From the NCBI GenBank assembly GCA_001773215.1, contig MEWB01000001.1, positions 678,099 to 742,098 on the forward strand: a stretch of DNA of 64,000 nt. Direction: 5' to 3'. Position numbers and translations under genes: made by a program. The notes under the pieces were generated by a model. The model ran no database searches. It was not told the DNA's origin and was given only the letters and a program-made list of their open reading frames with translations. The DNA comes from a candidate division WWE3 bacterium RIFOXYC1_FULL_40_10. GTDB taxonomy: Bacteria > Patescibacteriota > WWE3 > UBA101185 > UBA10185. This document shows positions 10,427 to 19,731 of the stretch, piece after piece; the stretch's first letter is position 1, and each line of letters starts with the position of its first letter.

Positions 10427-11365
10427 TCAGGCCTTCTTAACTACTCCCACGAAAAAAGCCTCCATATACTCGTTTGGTTTCACTCTTAGGCATCTTGAAC
10501 AGGAGTCATGCAATTTTTTTCCCTTCCACTGGGTGATTCCATCCGTAGCGTTAGCAACTTTAGGCTTGACCTCCGGATTAACTAATTCTAAACCCGAAAA
10601 GTTTTTTAATGCCCAATATATCACTTCTTCATTTTCCTCGGGAGCTAGGGTACAAGTAGAATACACCAAAGTACCACCGGGTTTTAACAGTTTTAAACCC
10701 TCGGCAATCATCATTTTTTGGAGCCTGCTAAGTCTTTTTATTTTTTTGGGACTCCAAAAACGCAATGTGTCCGGCTTAGAAAGATTAATCATGCCTTCTC
10801 CACTGCACGGGGCATCCAACAAAACTTTGTCAAAATATTCCGTTGGTAAATACCTTCCCAAATGCTGAGCAGGAAATGATGAATAATTGTATACCTTGGC
10901 ATCATACAGTTCACACAGTTTTTTCATGTTTTCAACTCTCCCGGTATTTTCATCGTTCGCGTAAATTTTTGCCTTATTTCCCGTTAAACATGCAATATGG
11001 ATAGTTTTTCCTCCGGGAGCCGCACACATATCAAGTATAATTTCGTCAGGCTTAGGAGCGAGTGCAATTACAGGAAGCAGACTGGATGCATTTTGGATGT
11101 AGATTTGACCTGTAAGAAATTCCTCAGAGTGAGTAAAAAGCGCCTTTTCCCCTTCGATAACATACGCTTGGTTTGCCCAGGCTATTTTCGAAAGCCTATC
11201 TTTCGCCAAAGTATTCACAACTTTAGGTTTTATGGCTACCAGGGATGACTTCTTTGGGGTAAACAACGCCCCGGCTTCCTCTTCGGAGATACCAAAAATT
11301 AAAGAGGTTCTGGTAAGCAGCTCTTTTAGGCGTTTATCTATTTTTTCCGAGTATGTCGACTTCAC
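10427..11365 (-). CDS. RsmB/RsmF/NOP2-family RNA m5C methyltransferase
   Basis: IYIQNASS, DMCAAPGGKT, DAPCSGEG, YSTCT..PEENE. Confidence 0.92.
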   Translation of the reverse strand: MKSTYSEKIDKRLKELLTRTSLIFGISEEEAGALFTPKKSSLVAIKPKVVNTLAKDRLSKIAWANQAYVIEGEKALFTHSEEFLTGQIYIQNASSLLPVIALAPKPDEIILDMCAAPGGKTIHIACLTGNKAKIYANDENTGRVENMKKLCELYDAKVYNYSSFPAQHLGRYLPTEYFDKVLLDAPCSGEGMINLSKPDTLRFWSPKKIKRLSRLQKMMIAEGLKLLKPGGTLVYSTCTLAPEENEEVIYWALKNFSGLELVNPEVKPKVANATDGITQWKGKKLHDSCSRCLRVKPNEYMEAFFVGVVKKA

Positions 11366-11371
11366 CCAGCT

Positions 11372-11396
11372 AGTATAGCAAACACAAATGTATAAT
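11372..11396. promoter_or_regulatory. Back-to-back -10 boxes, each 6 nt from a start codon (divergent leaderless promoters)
   Basis: Minus strand TGCTATACT-6nt-GTG(11365); plus strand TATAAT(11391-11396)-6nt-ATG(11403). Confidence 0.65.
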
Positions 11397-11402
11397 ATTG
11401 AA

Positions 11403-12956
11403 ATGAGTCATTCTACGAGATTATTTCTATTAGTCGCCGCTGCACTTTTCTTCCTATTGCTGAGTGTTAGCTTGAACATTGATTACGTTCAAAACGACGA
11501 ATATATTCATTATCAAACAGTAAACAATTTCCTGGGTGGAAACTTTACTCTACCAGCGTATCTGGCGTCTACCTTTTACACCCAAGGCATACTGTCTGCC
11601 TTATTTTCTTCACTTTTCGGATTGGGAAACCTTCCAATTCTCACGGCCTTGCTTTCATCTCTTACTATTTTTGTTTTTATGCTATTGCTAAATCGAATTA
11701 TGACGCTTTCCCCTCTTCAAACTATATTAACCGGATTACTTCTTTTTTTGAATCCAATTTATCTTTACTCAAGCTTGGGATTTATGACCGAAATATATTT
11801 TCTATTCTTTTTCATGTTGTCCCTTTATTACTTTTATACATACCAAAAACTACCGGATTCGAAAAATTTAGTTTTCTTTTTCCTGTTTTCAATTCTTTCA
11901 TTTTTTGTTAGGCAAATTGGCCTTTGCACGCTTCTAGCCGCCTCCTTTTTCTTTTTTCGTAAACGAAGCTTTAAGTTAGGATTTACCAGTTTAGCGACAG
12001 CTATCGCTTTAGGTGTTTTCTATATGGCTCTTTTTCCGAAAACAACTCAAATGAGCGCCAGTTTTCTCGCTGCCGAAACTATTCTAAATCCGGAAAGACT
12101 ATTTTCCTACATTGGAATAACTGCGATTTATCTTTCGGTATTTATAACTCCTCTGGTACCCACTTTCGTATTATCAACCACCAAAAAATCCCGGATACTA
12201 TTGTTTATCATCATCACAATAACCCTGGGGCTGGCAATCAAACTGTTTTTCCAGCCCCAAAGCATAAAACACACAACAGTAAATCAAAACTATGAACTGG
12301 ATATCAAGTTTTCAGCAGAATATTTTCCCTACCTTGGCAATACATTCGGTAGAAAAGGATTTTTCCAAGAAAACTTAGCCGGCGAAAAATATAGCTATGA
12401 AGTTAGCGATAAACTTTTCTATTTGCTGGAAGTACTAGGGAAGATTATGGCAGTTTCACTTATTGCTCTTGCCGTGATGAATTGGAGGAAACTTTTGAAT
12501 TTTGAGTGTTTATATTTGATGTTTACTGTTGCTTTTTTTATTGTGTCGCCAAGAGTGTACGATAGATACCTGATATCTCTCATTACGGTCGCGATAATTT
12601 TGGTGGTAAAAGTATCAAAACCGGCTACCTACCTGTTGATCCCGTTTTTAATTCTCTTAGCCTTTCTAGACTATCAGTACACATCTGATTTTTTTGCGGT
12701 TAATAAATACGTTAAACAAAGAACTGATGAACTCTTGAAGTCCGAAAACATCTCCGAAAAAGATATAAAAGCCGACAATTCCTGGAATGTGACCCATCCA
12801 AACAAAACCGGAAAATGGAAATACTACTTTGAATACAAGGGAACTGAAAAGCAAAAAGTCGACGATGGCAATTTTACGTTAGTGGAAAAGCATAAGATAA
12901 CCTTTCCATTTAGCTTTTATTCAGACTCTTATGTTTATCTTTATAAACGGACCTAA
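11403..12956 (+). CDS. GT39/PMT-like membrane glycosyltransferase
   Basis: QNDEYIH, NPIYL..S.GFMTE, VRQ, YDRYL; multi-TM; start moved to ATG 11403. Confidence 0.8.
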   Translation: MSHSTRLFLLVAAALFFLLLSVSLNIDYVQNDEYIHYQTVNNFLGGNFTLPAYLASTFYTQGILSALFSSLFGLGNLPILTALLSSLTIFVFMLLLNRIMTLSPLQTILTGLLLFLNPIYLYSSLGFMTEIYFLFFFMLSLYYFYTYQKLPDSKNLVFFFLFSILSFFVRQIGLCTLLAASFFFFRKRSFKLGFTSLATAIALGVFYMALFPKTTQMSASFLAAETILNPERLFSYIGITAIYLSVFITPLVPTFVLSTTKKSRILLFIIITITLGLAIKLFFQPQSIKHTTVNQNYELDIKFSAEYFPYLGNTFGRKGFFQENLAGEKYSYEVSDKLFYLLEVLGKIMAVSLIALAVMNWRKLLNFECLYLMFTVAFFIVSPRVYDRYLISLITVAIILVVKVSKPATYLLIPFLILLAFLDYQYTSDFFAVNKYVKQRTDELLKSENISEKDIKADNSWNVTHPNKTGKWKYYFEYKGTEKQKVDDGNFTLVEKHKITFPFSFYSDSYVYLYKRT

Positions 12957-13288
12957 TCGATGGCAGTCCCATTGGCTACCGCTTCCATAGGTTGAACCAA
13001 AATGGGTTTATCATCTTTAATGGCCATTAGCATCATCCCTTGGCTTGCACTATCTCCCATTTTTTTCTCCTGCAAATTTACAATAAAGAGAAACTGTTTG
13101 GTAACAAAATCTCCGGGCTGATACCATTTTTTAACTCCCGAGAAGATAGTTTTTATCCCGATTTCAGACCCGAAGTCTACCTGAAACTGAAGCAGCTTGC
13201 CACTCCATTCAGGAATCTCTGCCGATACTACGGTTCCCACCCTAATATCCAGTTTTGAAAAATCATCATAGGTAACTGTTAGCTTCAT
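12953..13288 (-). CDS. tRNA-binding protein (Trbp111/CsaA, MetRS C-terminal-like OB fold)
   Basis: DFSKLDIRVGTV, KLL...VDFG, IVNL...KM...SQGMML. Confidence 0.9.
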   Translation of the reverse strand: MKLTVTYDDFSKLDIRVGTVVSAEIPEWSGKLLQFQVDFGSEIGIKTIFSGVKKWYQPGDFVTKQFLFIVNLQEKKMGDSASQGMMLMAIKDDKPILVQPMEAVANGTAID

Positions 13289-13293
13289 ATCAA

Positions 13294-13725
13294 TTATTCT
13301 AATGGTTTTACCAAGGCTCTCCAGCTCGTTTCTTTGAAGCCGGTTTTAAGATACCAAGAGTATGATTGTAATCCAGGGCTGGCACTCAACCAGACAGCAT
13401 TAAATCCTTTGGACTTGGCATAGTTTTCTGCAGTTTGAATAAGTTTACTTCCTATACCAAGCTTATGTAATTTTGGAGTAACAGCAAGCACGTCGATGTA
13501 TAACTCTAGGTGATCTAAGGCGTTGTCTAGTTTTGCGGTTAGCACCCCAACTATATCAGAATCTACTTCCGCTACCCAACAAGATTCCGGATTAAAATAC
13601 TGCTCAATCCTCCTTTCGGACACAGCCAAAGTCCACTTTTCTCCAACCGAATTAAAAGACTCGTAAAATACTACCGCGGCCTTTATAATATCTTCTTTTT
13701 TTAGATTTCTTATATTTATTTCCAT
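13294..13725 (-). CDS. GNAT-family N-acetyltransferase
   Basis: LAVTPKLHKLGIGSKL acetyl-CoA motif, WYLKTGF; true start is ATG 13725 because the longer ORF-track start overlaps the tRNA. Confidence 0.88.
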   Translation of the reverse strand: MEINIRNLKKEDIIKAAVVFYESFNSVGEKWTLAVSERRIEQYFNPESCWVAEVDSDIVGVLTAKLDNALDHLELYIDVLAVTPKLHKLGIGSKLIQTAENYAKSKGFNAVWLSASPGLQSYSWYLKTGFKETSWRALVKPLE

Positions 13726-13745
13726 CGTGTTGATGTCTACCTTCC

Positions 13746-13822
13746 TGGTCGGGGTGACAGGACTTGAACCTGCGACCTTTCGCACCCCATGCGAACGCGC
13801 TAGCCAACTGCGCCACACCCCG
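13746..13822 (-). tRNA. tRNA-Pro (GGG)
   Basis: CGGGGTGTGGCGCAGTTGGCTAGCGCGTTCGCATGGGGTGCGAAAGGTCGCAGGTTCAAGTCCTGTCACCCCGACCA; full cloverleaf, GGG anticodon, encoded CCA. Confidence 0.97.
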
Positions 13823-13884
13823 CCGACATTGCAATAATAACATACCCATGTAAAAATATATTCAGTAGATAATTGAAGGAATAT

Positions 13885-14169
13885 ATGAAAGTAATTACAA
13901 GAATTGACCCGAAGTCGTTTGCTAATTTTTACGCAATAGGTATGGGATTATTTATGGCTATTATGCTACCCTTCCAAATAATCGGACTGATTTTCGGCGG
14001 TAAACCGGAAGCGCTGGTTGGAACCGTGGTGGTAACCGTGATTGCATTACTGTTGGGCTGGATAATCGGCTATGTTTGCGCACTAGTTACCAATTTGGCA
14101 CTTAAACTCTCAAAAGGTATATCCATTGAAATGAAGGATCAGAACAGCAATCCACTACCCCAGAATTAA
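13885..14169 (+). CDS. Small two-TM membrane protein (DUF3566-like)
   Basis: ITRIDPKS...two TMs...NL.LK..KGI.IE pattern. Confidence 0.6.
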   Translation: MKVITRIDPKSFANFYAIGMGLFMAIMLPFQIIGLIFGGKPEALVGTVVVTVIALLLGWIIGYVCALVTNLALKLSKGISIEMKDQNSNPLPQN

Positions 14170-14700
14170 AAGAATCTTTGAAATCAAGGCTATCGTTATA
14201 GCCGCTAGGGCAACCACGGCGGCTATAAGGCTTAGCACCCCCCACAAAATACCGCTGTGAGTTAACACTCGCGTACTAAACAATTTGTCGTGAAAACCAC
14301 GTTTTTCAGGATCCTTAACTATTGACCAAAAGCCCAAACCAAAAAATACTATTGAAACTGTGTGCCCAACAAACACCCTGTAAAAAGCTGTTTTAATATC
14401 GATATTTTTCTTCGTGTCAGCATCCACCACTTTCAAGCCCCAAAGATATTTCCCCAAGGTGCCTGCATATCTTGAAGTAAAGTAGATTTGATACAAACCT
14501 ACCACGGTATTATAAAGCAGACCGGCGATAATAAGATAGAAAAACATATTTACCAAGGGATAATTGGCTTCGGTAGTATTCCCTACCTTTAGAAAGGGTA
14601 AAAGGGATAAAGAAGGCAATAGAAATATTATCCCGATTATAAAGTAGTCTGTAAGTGTAGCAAAAAACCTTCGAGTTAGTCCTGCGGGCTTGTCAAACAT
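14155..14700 (-). CDS. RDD family membrane protein
   Basis: AG..RRFFA.L.D, TLGK..WGLKVVD, RGFHD....TRV. Confidence 0.92.
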   Translation of the reverse strand: MFDKPAGLTRRFFATLTDYFIIGIIFLLPSLSLLPFLKVGNTTEANYPLVNMFFYLIIAGLLYNTVVGLYQIYFTSRYAGTLGKYLWGLKVVDADTKKNIDIKTAFYRVFVGHTVSIVFFGLGFWSIVKDPEKRGFHDKLFSTRVLTHSGILWGVLSLIAAVVALAAITIALISKILLILG

Positions 14701-14701
14701 A

Positions 14702-15670
14702 TTATTGTGTTAAATCCCCTTGTAAATTACCACTAATCGAGTTTATCTGTTCAGTTAAGGGAAGGGTGTGAGCGTGCATAAAGAGTTTTGTAAACGCAAA
14801 TGAGGAAAATGTGCCAACAAAGGCTCCCAGGGCTTGGATAATTAACAAAATAGCTATTCCCAAAGGCACTACTCCGATACCAACGAGAATAAGTAAGGGG
14901 CTATCCCTAAGGCCGGTCATTGCCCCAACTACTAAAGAAACCGGCAAAATTGTGACCAATAATATACCGATATATAACCACATAATTACAAAACAGTTTC
15001 CGAAAACTAACTTAAACGTATTTCCCAGCTGAGCCTTAAAAGTTTTAATACCCTCCGCTAAAGCCTCCTTAACTATGGTTTTTCCTAACACAATGTGTCG
15101 AAGAGCAAAAACTGACCCAAGAGATAGCCTGATAATCAAAACCGAGACTACCACAACTGAAAGTACTCCTACAGCTACTCCAATGATCGGATTAACTACC
15201 GCCGATAGTATAGTGATAATTAGTGGAACAAAAATAATCAACAAGCTTAGCAGACCCACACGAACTGATAACCAAAAGTTAGGCCACATAAATTCGATAC
15301 CCTTTTTACCCATAGAGGCGAGTTCAAGGCTCTTTCCACGCCAACCTTCGAAAGTTCCCCAGGTTAAAGCACCGATAGCCCAAGATTTAACAATCAGCCC
15401 AACTATAACCACCCAAATAATTAGCCCTATTAATAATATGGATCCAATCACAATATAAGGAATCCAATTAACGTCCTGCACCCAAGGTACTTTGCTTAAA
15501 AAAGAAGTATCTGTAGTCTGTACCTCTTCTTTTGGAGTGCTATTACTGGAATTGTTAAAATTAAACCCACCAATTGTCAAAACCGCGGCTAGCCATAAAA
15601 TTTTATATTTCCATGCAAGTTTCAATGAATCCCTGATGGTATCAAATGTGGAATATGGTTGTAGCATCAC
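14702..15670 (-). CDS. Multi-TM membrane protein
   Basis: About 6 TM helices; AWKYK.LW N-terminus. Confidence 0.7.
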   Translation of the reverse strand: MMLQPYSTFDTIRDSLKLAWKYKILWLAAVLTIGGFNFNNSSNSTPKEEVQTTDTSFLSKVPWVQDVNWIPYIVIGSILLIGLIIWVVIVGLIVKSWAIGALTWGTFEGWRGKSLELASMGKKGIEFMWPNFWLSVRVGLLSLLIIFVPLIITILSAVVNPIIGVAVGVLSVVVVSVLIIRLSLGSVFALRHIVLGKTIVKEALAEGIKTFKAQLGNTFKLVFGNCFVIMWLYIGILLVTILPVSLVVGAMTGLRDSPLLILVGIGVVPLGIAILLIIQALGAFVGTFSSFAFTKLFMHAHTLPLTEQINSISGNLQGDLTQ

Positions 15671-17061
15671 TACAAAATTGTATCAAAAATTACATAAGCG
15701 CAAAAGCCACCATAGAAAATAAAGGCTGAAAGCATCATTGTGATTCTAAATATATTAGGACGCAGTTGTTTATCAAGAGCCGTTAAGTTCATCCACAGAG
15801 TTAGCCCCACGTGGACAAACATCGCGAAGGCGTTTAACACCGCTGCAGTTATTACTAATTGCAACGGTTGCGTAAAACCAAGCAGAAAAATGAGTATTCC
15901 AGCAAAAATTTGCACCCAAAGCATGGAATAATAAATCTTTGGAATACTTTTCTCAGCTATTCTCCCATTGGAGGCCAAGATCAAGTTTTCGGAAAGTATT
16001 CTGCTTGTAGCATCAAATACTGTCATTTGGGTTGCCATTAACATAACAGCTGCCGTTAAAACGAAAATTGTTCCGATTATGGGAAAAATCTTTTGGCCAA
16101 TCAGAGCTCCTTCTGTTAATACAAAGTTTATGTCTGAGGCCGACCCCGAAGTTTCATACACTGTTGAATAAGCTAGCAATGATAACAATACCATCGTAAT
16201 TGCACCTGTTAGCCAAAAAATTATAAAATGCTCAATATTTACCTTTTTCCACCAGTCCTTAAAAGTTAAAACATTTTCGAGGGTCGGTTCAAACTTAGTT
16301 CCCGAAAGTGAAATTTCCTGGCTTTTTCCTGTTAACAGGCTGGTAATTTGTCCACTGTACTTACCCATACCATAGCCTTTGTTATTTACATAGTAAGACT
16401 GCGCTAAATTTAGATTTCCCCCTGCCCCCGCATAGGCCAATGCGCCTAAAAAGGTTGCTAAAGGAACTCCCACAGGCAGTAGCCAATAGCCATCCCCCTG
16501 GCCAATTACTCCTTTTACTGCCGCAAGCCAATCGGCGGAACTTGCAAGATAGATCGCCAACACAAGTATCGCAGGTACACCCAAACCGATAATCACCTTT
16601 TGGATACCCTCAACAGTTTTGTATAAAACCGGACCCAATGACAAAATAAGCCCTATGAAAACTAGAAGTCCAATTGCTAAAAATTGCGTGCTTTCCAACC
16701 CAAACAGCGACCCCAAGAGTTTGGCCGAGGAAGCTATAATACCCGGCCATATCCAAGGTATAAAAGTGGAAATTAGAAACCAAAACGGAAGCCATTTTAG
16801 TTTACGGGCAAATCCCATAAAAACGCTTTCTCCACGTGCCAAAGCATAGCGTTCAATTTCCATATTCATGAAAAACTGAAATGTGATTCCTATGACAGCC
16901 CCCCATATTATTCCCATTCCATACTTGGATGCCATATAAGGCCACAATATCAACTCCCCGCTACCTAACCCCAACCCAAGTATTACAAAGCTGGGACCTA
17001 TTAACTTTCTAAGAGTGGGAGGTTTGGGAAGAATATTCGTTTTTAAAGGACTTAGCGACAT
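15670..17061 (-). CDS. Nramp-like divalent metal transporter family protein
   Basis: GP......LGSGE.ILWP, MEIERY..A.GES, YAGAGG..NL; 11-12 TMs. Confidence 0.85.
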   Translation of the reverse strand: MSLSPLKTNILPKPPTLRKLIGPSFVILGLGLGSGELILWPYMASKYGMGIIWGAVIGITFQFFMNMEIERYALARGESVFMGFARKLKWLPFWFLISTFIPWIWPGIIASSAKLLGSLFGLESTQFLAIGLLVFIGLILSLGPVLYKTVEGIQKVIIGLGVPAILVLAIYLASSADWLAAVKGVIGQGDGYWLLPVGVPLATFLGALAYAGAGGNLNLAQSYYVNNKGYGMGKYSGQITSLLTGKSQEISLSGTKFEPTLENVLTFKDWWKKVNIEHFIIFWLTGAITMVLLSLLAYSTVYETSGSASDINFVLTEGALIGQKIFPIIGTIFVLTAAVMLMATQMTVFDATSRILSENLILASNGRIAEKSIPKIYYSMLWVQIFAGILIFLLGFTQPLQLVITAAVLNAFAMFVHVGLTLWMNLTALDKQLRPNIFRITMMLSAFIFYGGFCAYVIFDTIL

Positions 17062-17065
17062 TAAT

Positions 17066-17695
17066 TTATGATACCCGATTTAGAACCAAATTAAAGAAGG
17101 GACGGCCTGGAGACAGATGCAACTTTTTTCCCCAGGTAGTCTCGGGAAAGTCGTATATTTGCCGGCAGCTGATAACCCCAAAGCCCGACTTGATAAATAT
17201 AGGTAGAATTTCGGTAGTGATTCTGGCTAAATCTAACGTGTCCAAATTAAGTCTTTCGGCTTGGGTTGGCTCCAAATTTTGCGAGTACCCAAATACCACT
17301 TCTAAGACGCCACCCGACTTAAGTAAGCTCCCAAACTTTTTTGCGTCATCAAAGGTAGGTTTGGCAACAGCGGCTAATAAAGAACCCCAGGGCAAAATCA
17401 CTGTAAGTCTATCAGCAACACCCAAAAGCTCGGCAGGTAAAATTTCGTAAGACCCAATCACAAATAACACATTTTTTAATCTCTTTTTTAATGCTTTTTT
17501 CGACGTATCAACCATCTGATTTCCCGCTGGATCTACACCTATATAAAAGGTTTTGGGATTAACAAGTGCCTTTTTGTACACCCATCCTCCATCACCACAT
17601 CCCAAGTCAACCTCTACACCTTGATAGTTGACAATTAAATTGCTAAGGTCTAATAAAGATATCAGAGATTCTTTATTTCCTGTAACTAATCTCAT
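17066..17695 (-). CDS. NpmA/KamB-like 16S rRNA (adenine-1408-N1) methyltransferase
   Basis: DLGCGDG, TFYIGVDP, NVLFVI...E.LP.EL..VAD, ILPWGSLL..V.KP, TTWGKKL...GRPFF are colinear with NpmA. Confidence 0.85.
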   Translation of the reverse strand: MRLVTGNKESLISLLDLSNLIVNYQGVEVDLGCGDGGWVYKKALVNPKTFYIGVDPAGNQMVDTSKKALKKRLKNVLFVIGSYEILPAELLGVADRLTVILPWGSLLAAVAKPTFDDAKKFGSLLKSGGVLEVVFGYSQNLEPTQAERLNLDTLDLARITTEILPIFIKSGFGVISCRQIYDFPETTWGKKLHLSPGRPFFNLVLNRVS

Positions 17696-17721
17696 ATGTT
17701 TAATGATATAGGAAAAACAAC

Positions 17722-17928
17722 ATGGATCCCAGAGATGTACTATACGCTGTTGAGATGTTTCTACATGACGGGGGTCTCTATCGAGGAAAGGTAGAACTGG
17801 ATTTGGGAACTTTGTGCGACATGGGGGATGGATGTTGGGTCGTGCAATCCATAAAACCTTGCGGATACTTTTTTAAGCTAGAATACAGCCTTAGGGGGAC
17901 ACTGTACGCTGTATTACATCAACAGTAA
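17722..17928 (+). CDS. Small hypothetical protein
   Basis: AGGA upstream; first gene of a two-gene ORFan unit. Confidence 0.5.
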   Translation: MDPRDVLYAVEMFLHDGGLYRGKVELDLGTLCDMGDGCWVVQSIKPCGYFFKLEYSLRGTLYAVLHQQ

Positions 17929-17939
17929 AGGAGTGAGAG

Positions 17940-18302
17940 ATGGATTTCGTAGACAATCCGCCCATATTTGCCTTTATCCTAAGAGGAAAAGGTGTAAAAC
18001 CCACTTATATGTTCGTAGGATTTTACGACGAAGTAGGGTTAGTGACCTTGCCGGCAACTTCCGCCGAGGCGCGTGCAGACGGGGTAAGAGTAATTTCCGT
18101 CGACAATCTGCGAAGCGCTCTTAGGAATATGAACGAAGTGCACTTGTACGAAGAAATTAACGCCAGATTTCAAGGTGTAGGAGAAGCCCGTAGGAATAGG
18201 AAGACCTTCAAGCTAGTTTCACTTACACCGCAACAGCTTAGGGACTATGCGGATCAGATGGAAAAGGCAGGCCTGAAAACCGTGAAAGTATTTGTAGACT
18301 GA
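17940..18302 (+). CDS. Hypothetical protein (ORFan-like)
   Basis: AAGGAG SD before ATG; downstream terminator. Confidence 0.65.
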   Translation: MDFVDNPPIFAFILRGKGVKPTYMFVGFYDEVGLVTLPATSAEARADGVRVISVDNLRSALRNMNEVHLYEEINARFQGVGEARRNRKTFKLVSLTPQQLRDYADQMEKAGLKTVKVFVD

Positions 18303-18310
18303 ACACACTT

Positions 18311-18346
18311 GAGGCTGATTACATTTTTGTAACAGCCTCTTTCTTT
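18311..18346 (+). terminator. Rho-independent terminator
   Basis: GAGGCTGATTACA-TTTT-TGTAACAGCCTC followed by TTTCTTT. Confidence 0.75.
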
Positions 18347-18348
18347 AT

Positions 18349-19113
18349 ATGAAAAAGCAAATCTTACCAATATGGCAACCGGTCGGAAAATCCACAAATC
18401 ACCTTACCAGGCAAATTGCCGATAAAATAGGTTTGAAAACAGCACATACAGGCACACTGGATCCAATGGCCGAAGGTGTTGTTGTTGTGCTTGCGGGAAA
18501 CAAACGGCTTGAAAAAATCAAACTTGCTTCTTGGAAAAAAACTTACGAATTTGATATAGCCTTTGGAATCTCTACTGACTCGTTCGACGGACTTGGACTT
18601 ATTACAAAGACAAATTTTGAATGTAAGACTATATCGCCAAAAGTAATACAATCTGTATTAAAATCACTGGTGGGAAATTACTCTCAAACTGTACCTCTCT
18701 ACTCCGCAATAAAAGTCGCCGGAAGAAAATTACACCAACACGCAAAATACGGAAATTTCAAAGTTATTTTGCCACACAAAAAGGGGGAGATTTTTAAATT
18801 AAAGCTAATAGAACTTAAAACTGTATCGGTTAAGAAATTAGTAAAAAACCTTATAGCTAAAATTAAACTTGTTGAGGGTGACCTGAGGCAAAAAGAGATA
18901 ACAGATTGCTGGGAAAATTTTACGGGTAATATCGATACAACCAGTATACAAGTAGCAAAGATAGAAGTGCAAATATCACGGGGTATGTATGTGAGGTCTT
19001 TATCACAGGATATTTGCGAAAAGCTGGGAATTAATGGCTTTGTATCGAACCTGATCAGAACCCGCAATGGGAAATATTCGAAAAAGTCGTGTATAATACC
19101 CTATAACAATTAG
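18349..19113 (+). CDS. truB: tRNA pseudouridine(55) synthase
   Basis: HTGTLDP, K.Y..., Q.VP.YSAIKVAGRKL, SRGMYVRSL..DI, L.RTR.G. Confidence 0.9.
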   Translation: MKKQILPIWQPVGKSTNHLTRQIADKIGLKTAHTGTLDPMAEGVVVVLAGNKRLEKIKLASWKKTYEFDIAFGISTDSFDGLGLITKTNFECKTISPKVIQSVLKSLVGNYSQTVPLYSAIKVAGRKLHQHAKYGNFKVILPHKKGEIFKLKLIELKTVSVKKLVKNLIAKIKLVEGDLRQKEITDCWENFTGNIDTTSIQVAKIEVQISRGMYVRSLSQDICEKLGINGFVSNLIRTRNGKYSKKSCIIPYNN

Positions 19114-19128
19114 AAAAAGGAGCATGCT

Positions 19129-19647
19129 ATGAAATTCAACCTTGTTGAAGATCCCACTGTGAGCGTAACCTATCTGAGGGACGTAGGCCGGCGGATGACT
19201 CTAGGTTATATCTTCGCTAACCCCAACAAACCGGATGAGTTTTTCGGAATTATCTACGGTGCAGTTGCGTCTGTGTTGGTTGGCCCCAAGCCCTCAAAAG
19301 AAACCGTTATGGAAGAAATGGGCTTTTGTATTGAGAATTCACTTTCGTACGAAGAAATCATTGCAAGATTGGATAAGCAGTACCTGGGAAACGGCGTTAT
19401 GTTCATACCCGACGACTTGTCCAAATCTGCTACAAGCATGGTTTGGCATGGCCGGTATGTTGGAAACATTCGACCTTTTGGCCAAACTCACTTTCGAATA
19501 GTACTTGCCGGAGAGGATTATGGTGAAATTACCTTGGGGGTTGTCTCAAACGAGGAACTAGCCAAAATGATCGCAGGCGGGATCGATTTCGACGAACCGA
19601 TTAGTACAATTACCAGTCGGTTCAAACTGAAGTATGGGAAGTGGTAG
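19129..19647 (+). CDS. Hypothetical protein (ORFan-like)
   Basis: TATAAT inside the truB 3' end, AAGGAG SD, downstream terminator. Confidence 0.65.
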   Translation: MKFNLVEDPTVSVTYLRDVGRRMTLGYIFANPNKPDEFFGIIYGAVASVLVGPKPSKETVMEEMGFCIENSLSYEEIIARLDKQYLGNGVMFIPDDLSKSATSMVWHGRYVGNIRPFGQTHFRIVLAGEDYGEITLGVVSNEELAKMIAGGIDFDEPISTITSRFKLKYGKW

Positions 19648-19666
19648 CAAGAAAAAGAATTACATG

Positions 19667-19703
19667 ATCCCCCACCTAGTTTATTCGTGGGGGATTTTTT
19701 TTT
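19667..19703 (+). terminator. Rho-independent terminator
   Basis: ATCCCCCAC/GTGGGGGAT stem followed by a T run. Confidence 0.85.
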
Positions 19704-19731
19704 GAAAGGCTTGTGGTACACTTGGCTAGCT

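Noticed and set aside
13746-13822. tRNA-Pro as an integration site for an island
   Set aside because: No integrase in the window and no duplicated tRNA 3' end seen
13652-13849. 65-aa ORF and the N-terminal extension of the GNAT ORF (to 13818)
   Set aside because: Both overlap tRNA-Pro and are translations of tRNA sequence
17066-17695. TrmB (tRNA m7G46 methyltransferase) assignment
   Set aside because: It has PWGSLL and the second Trp typical of NpmA/KamB rather than the TrmB FPDPW motif
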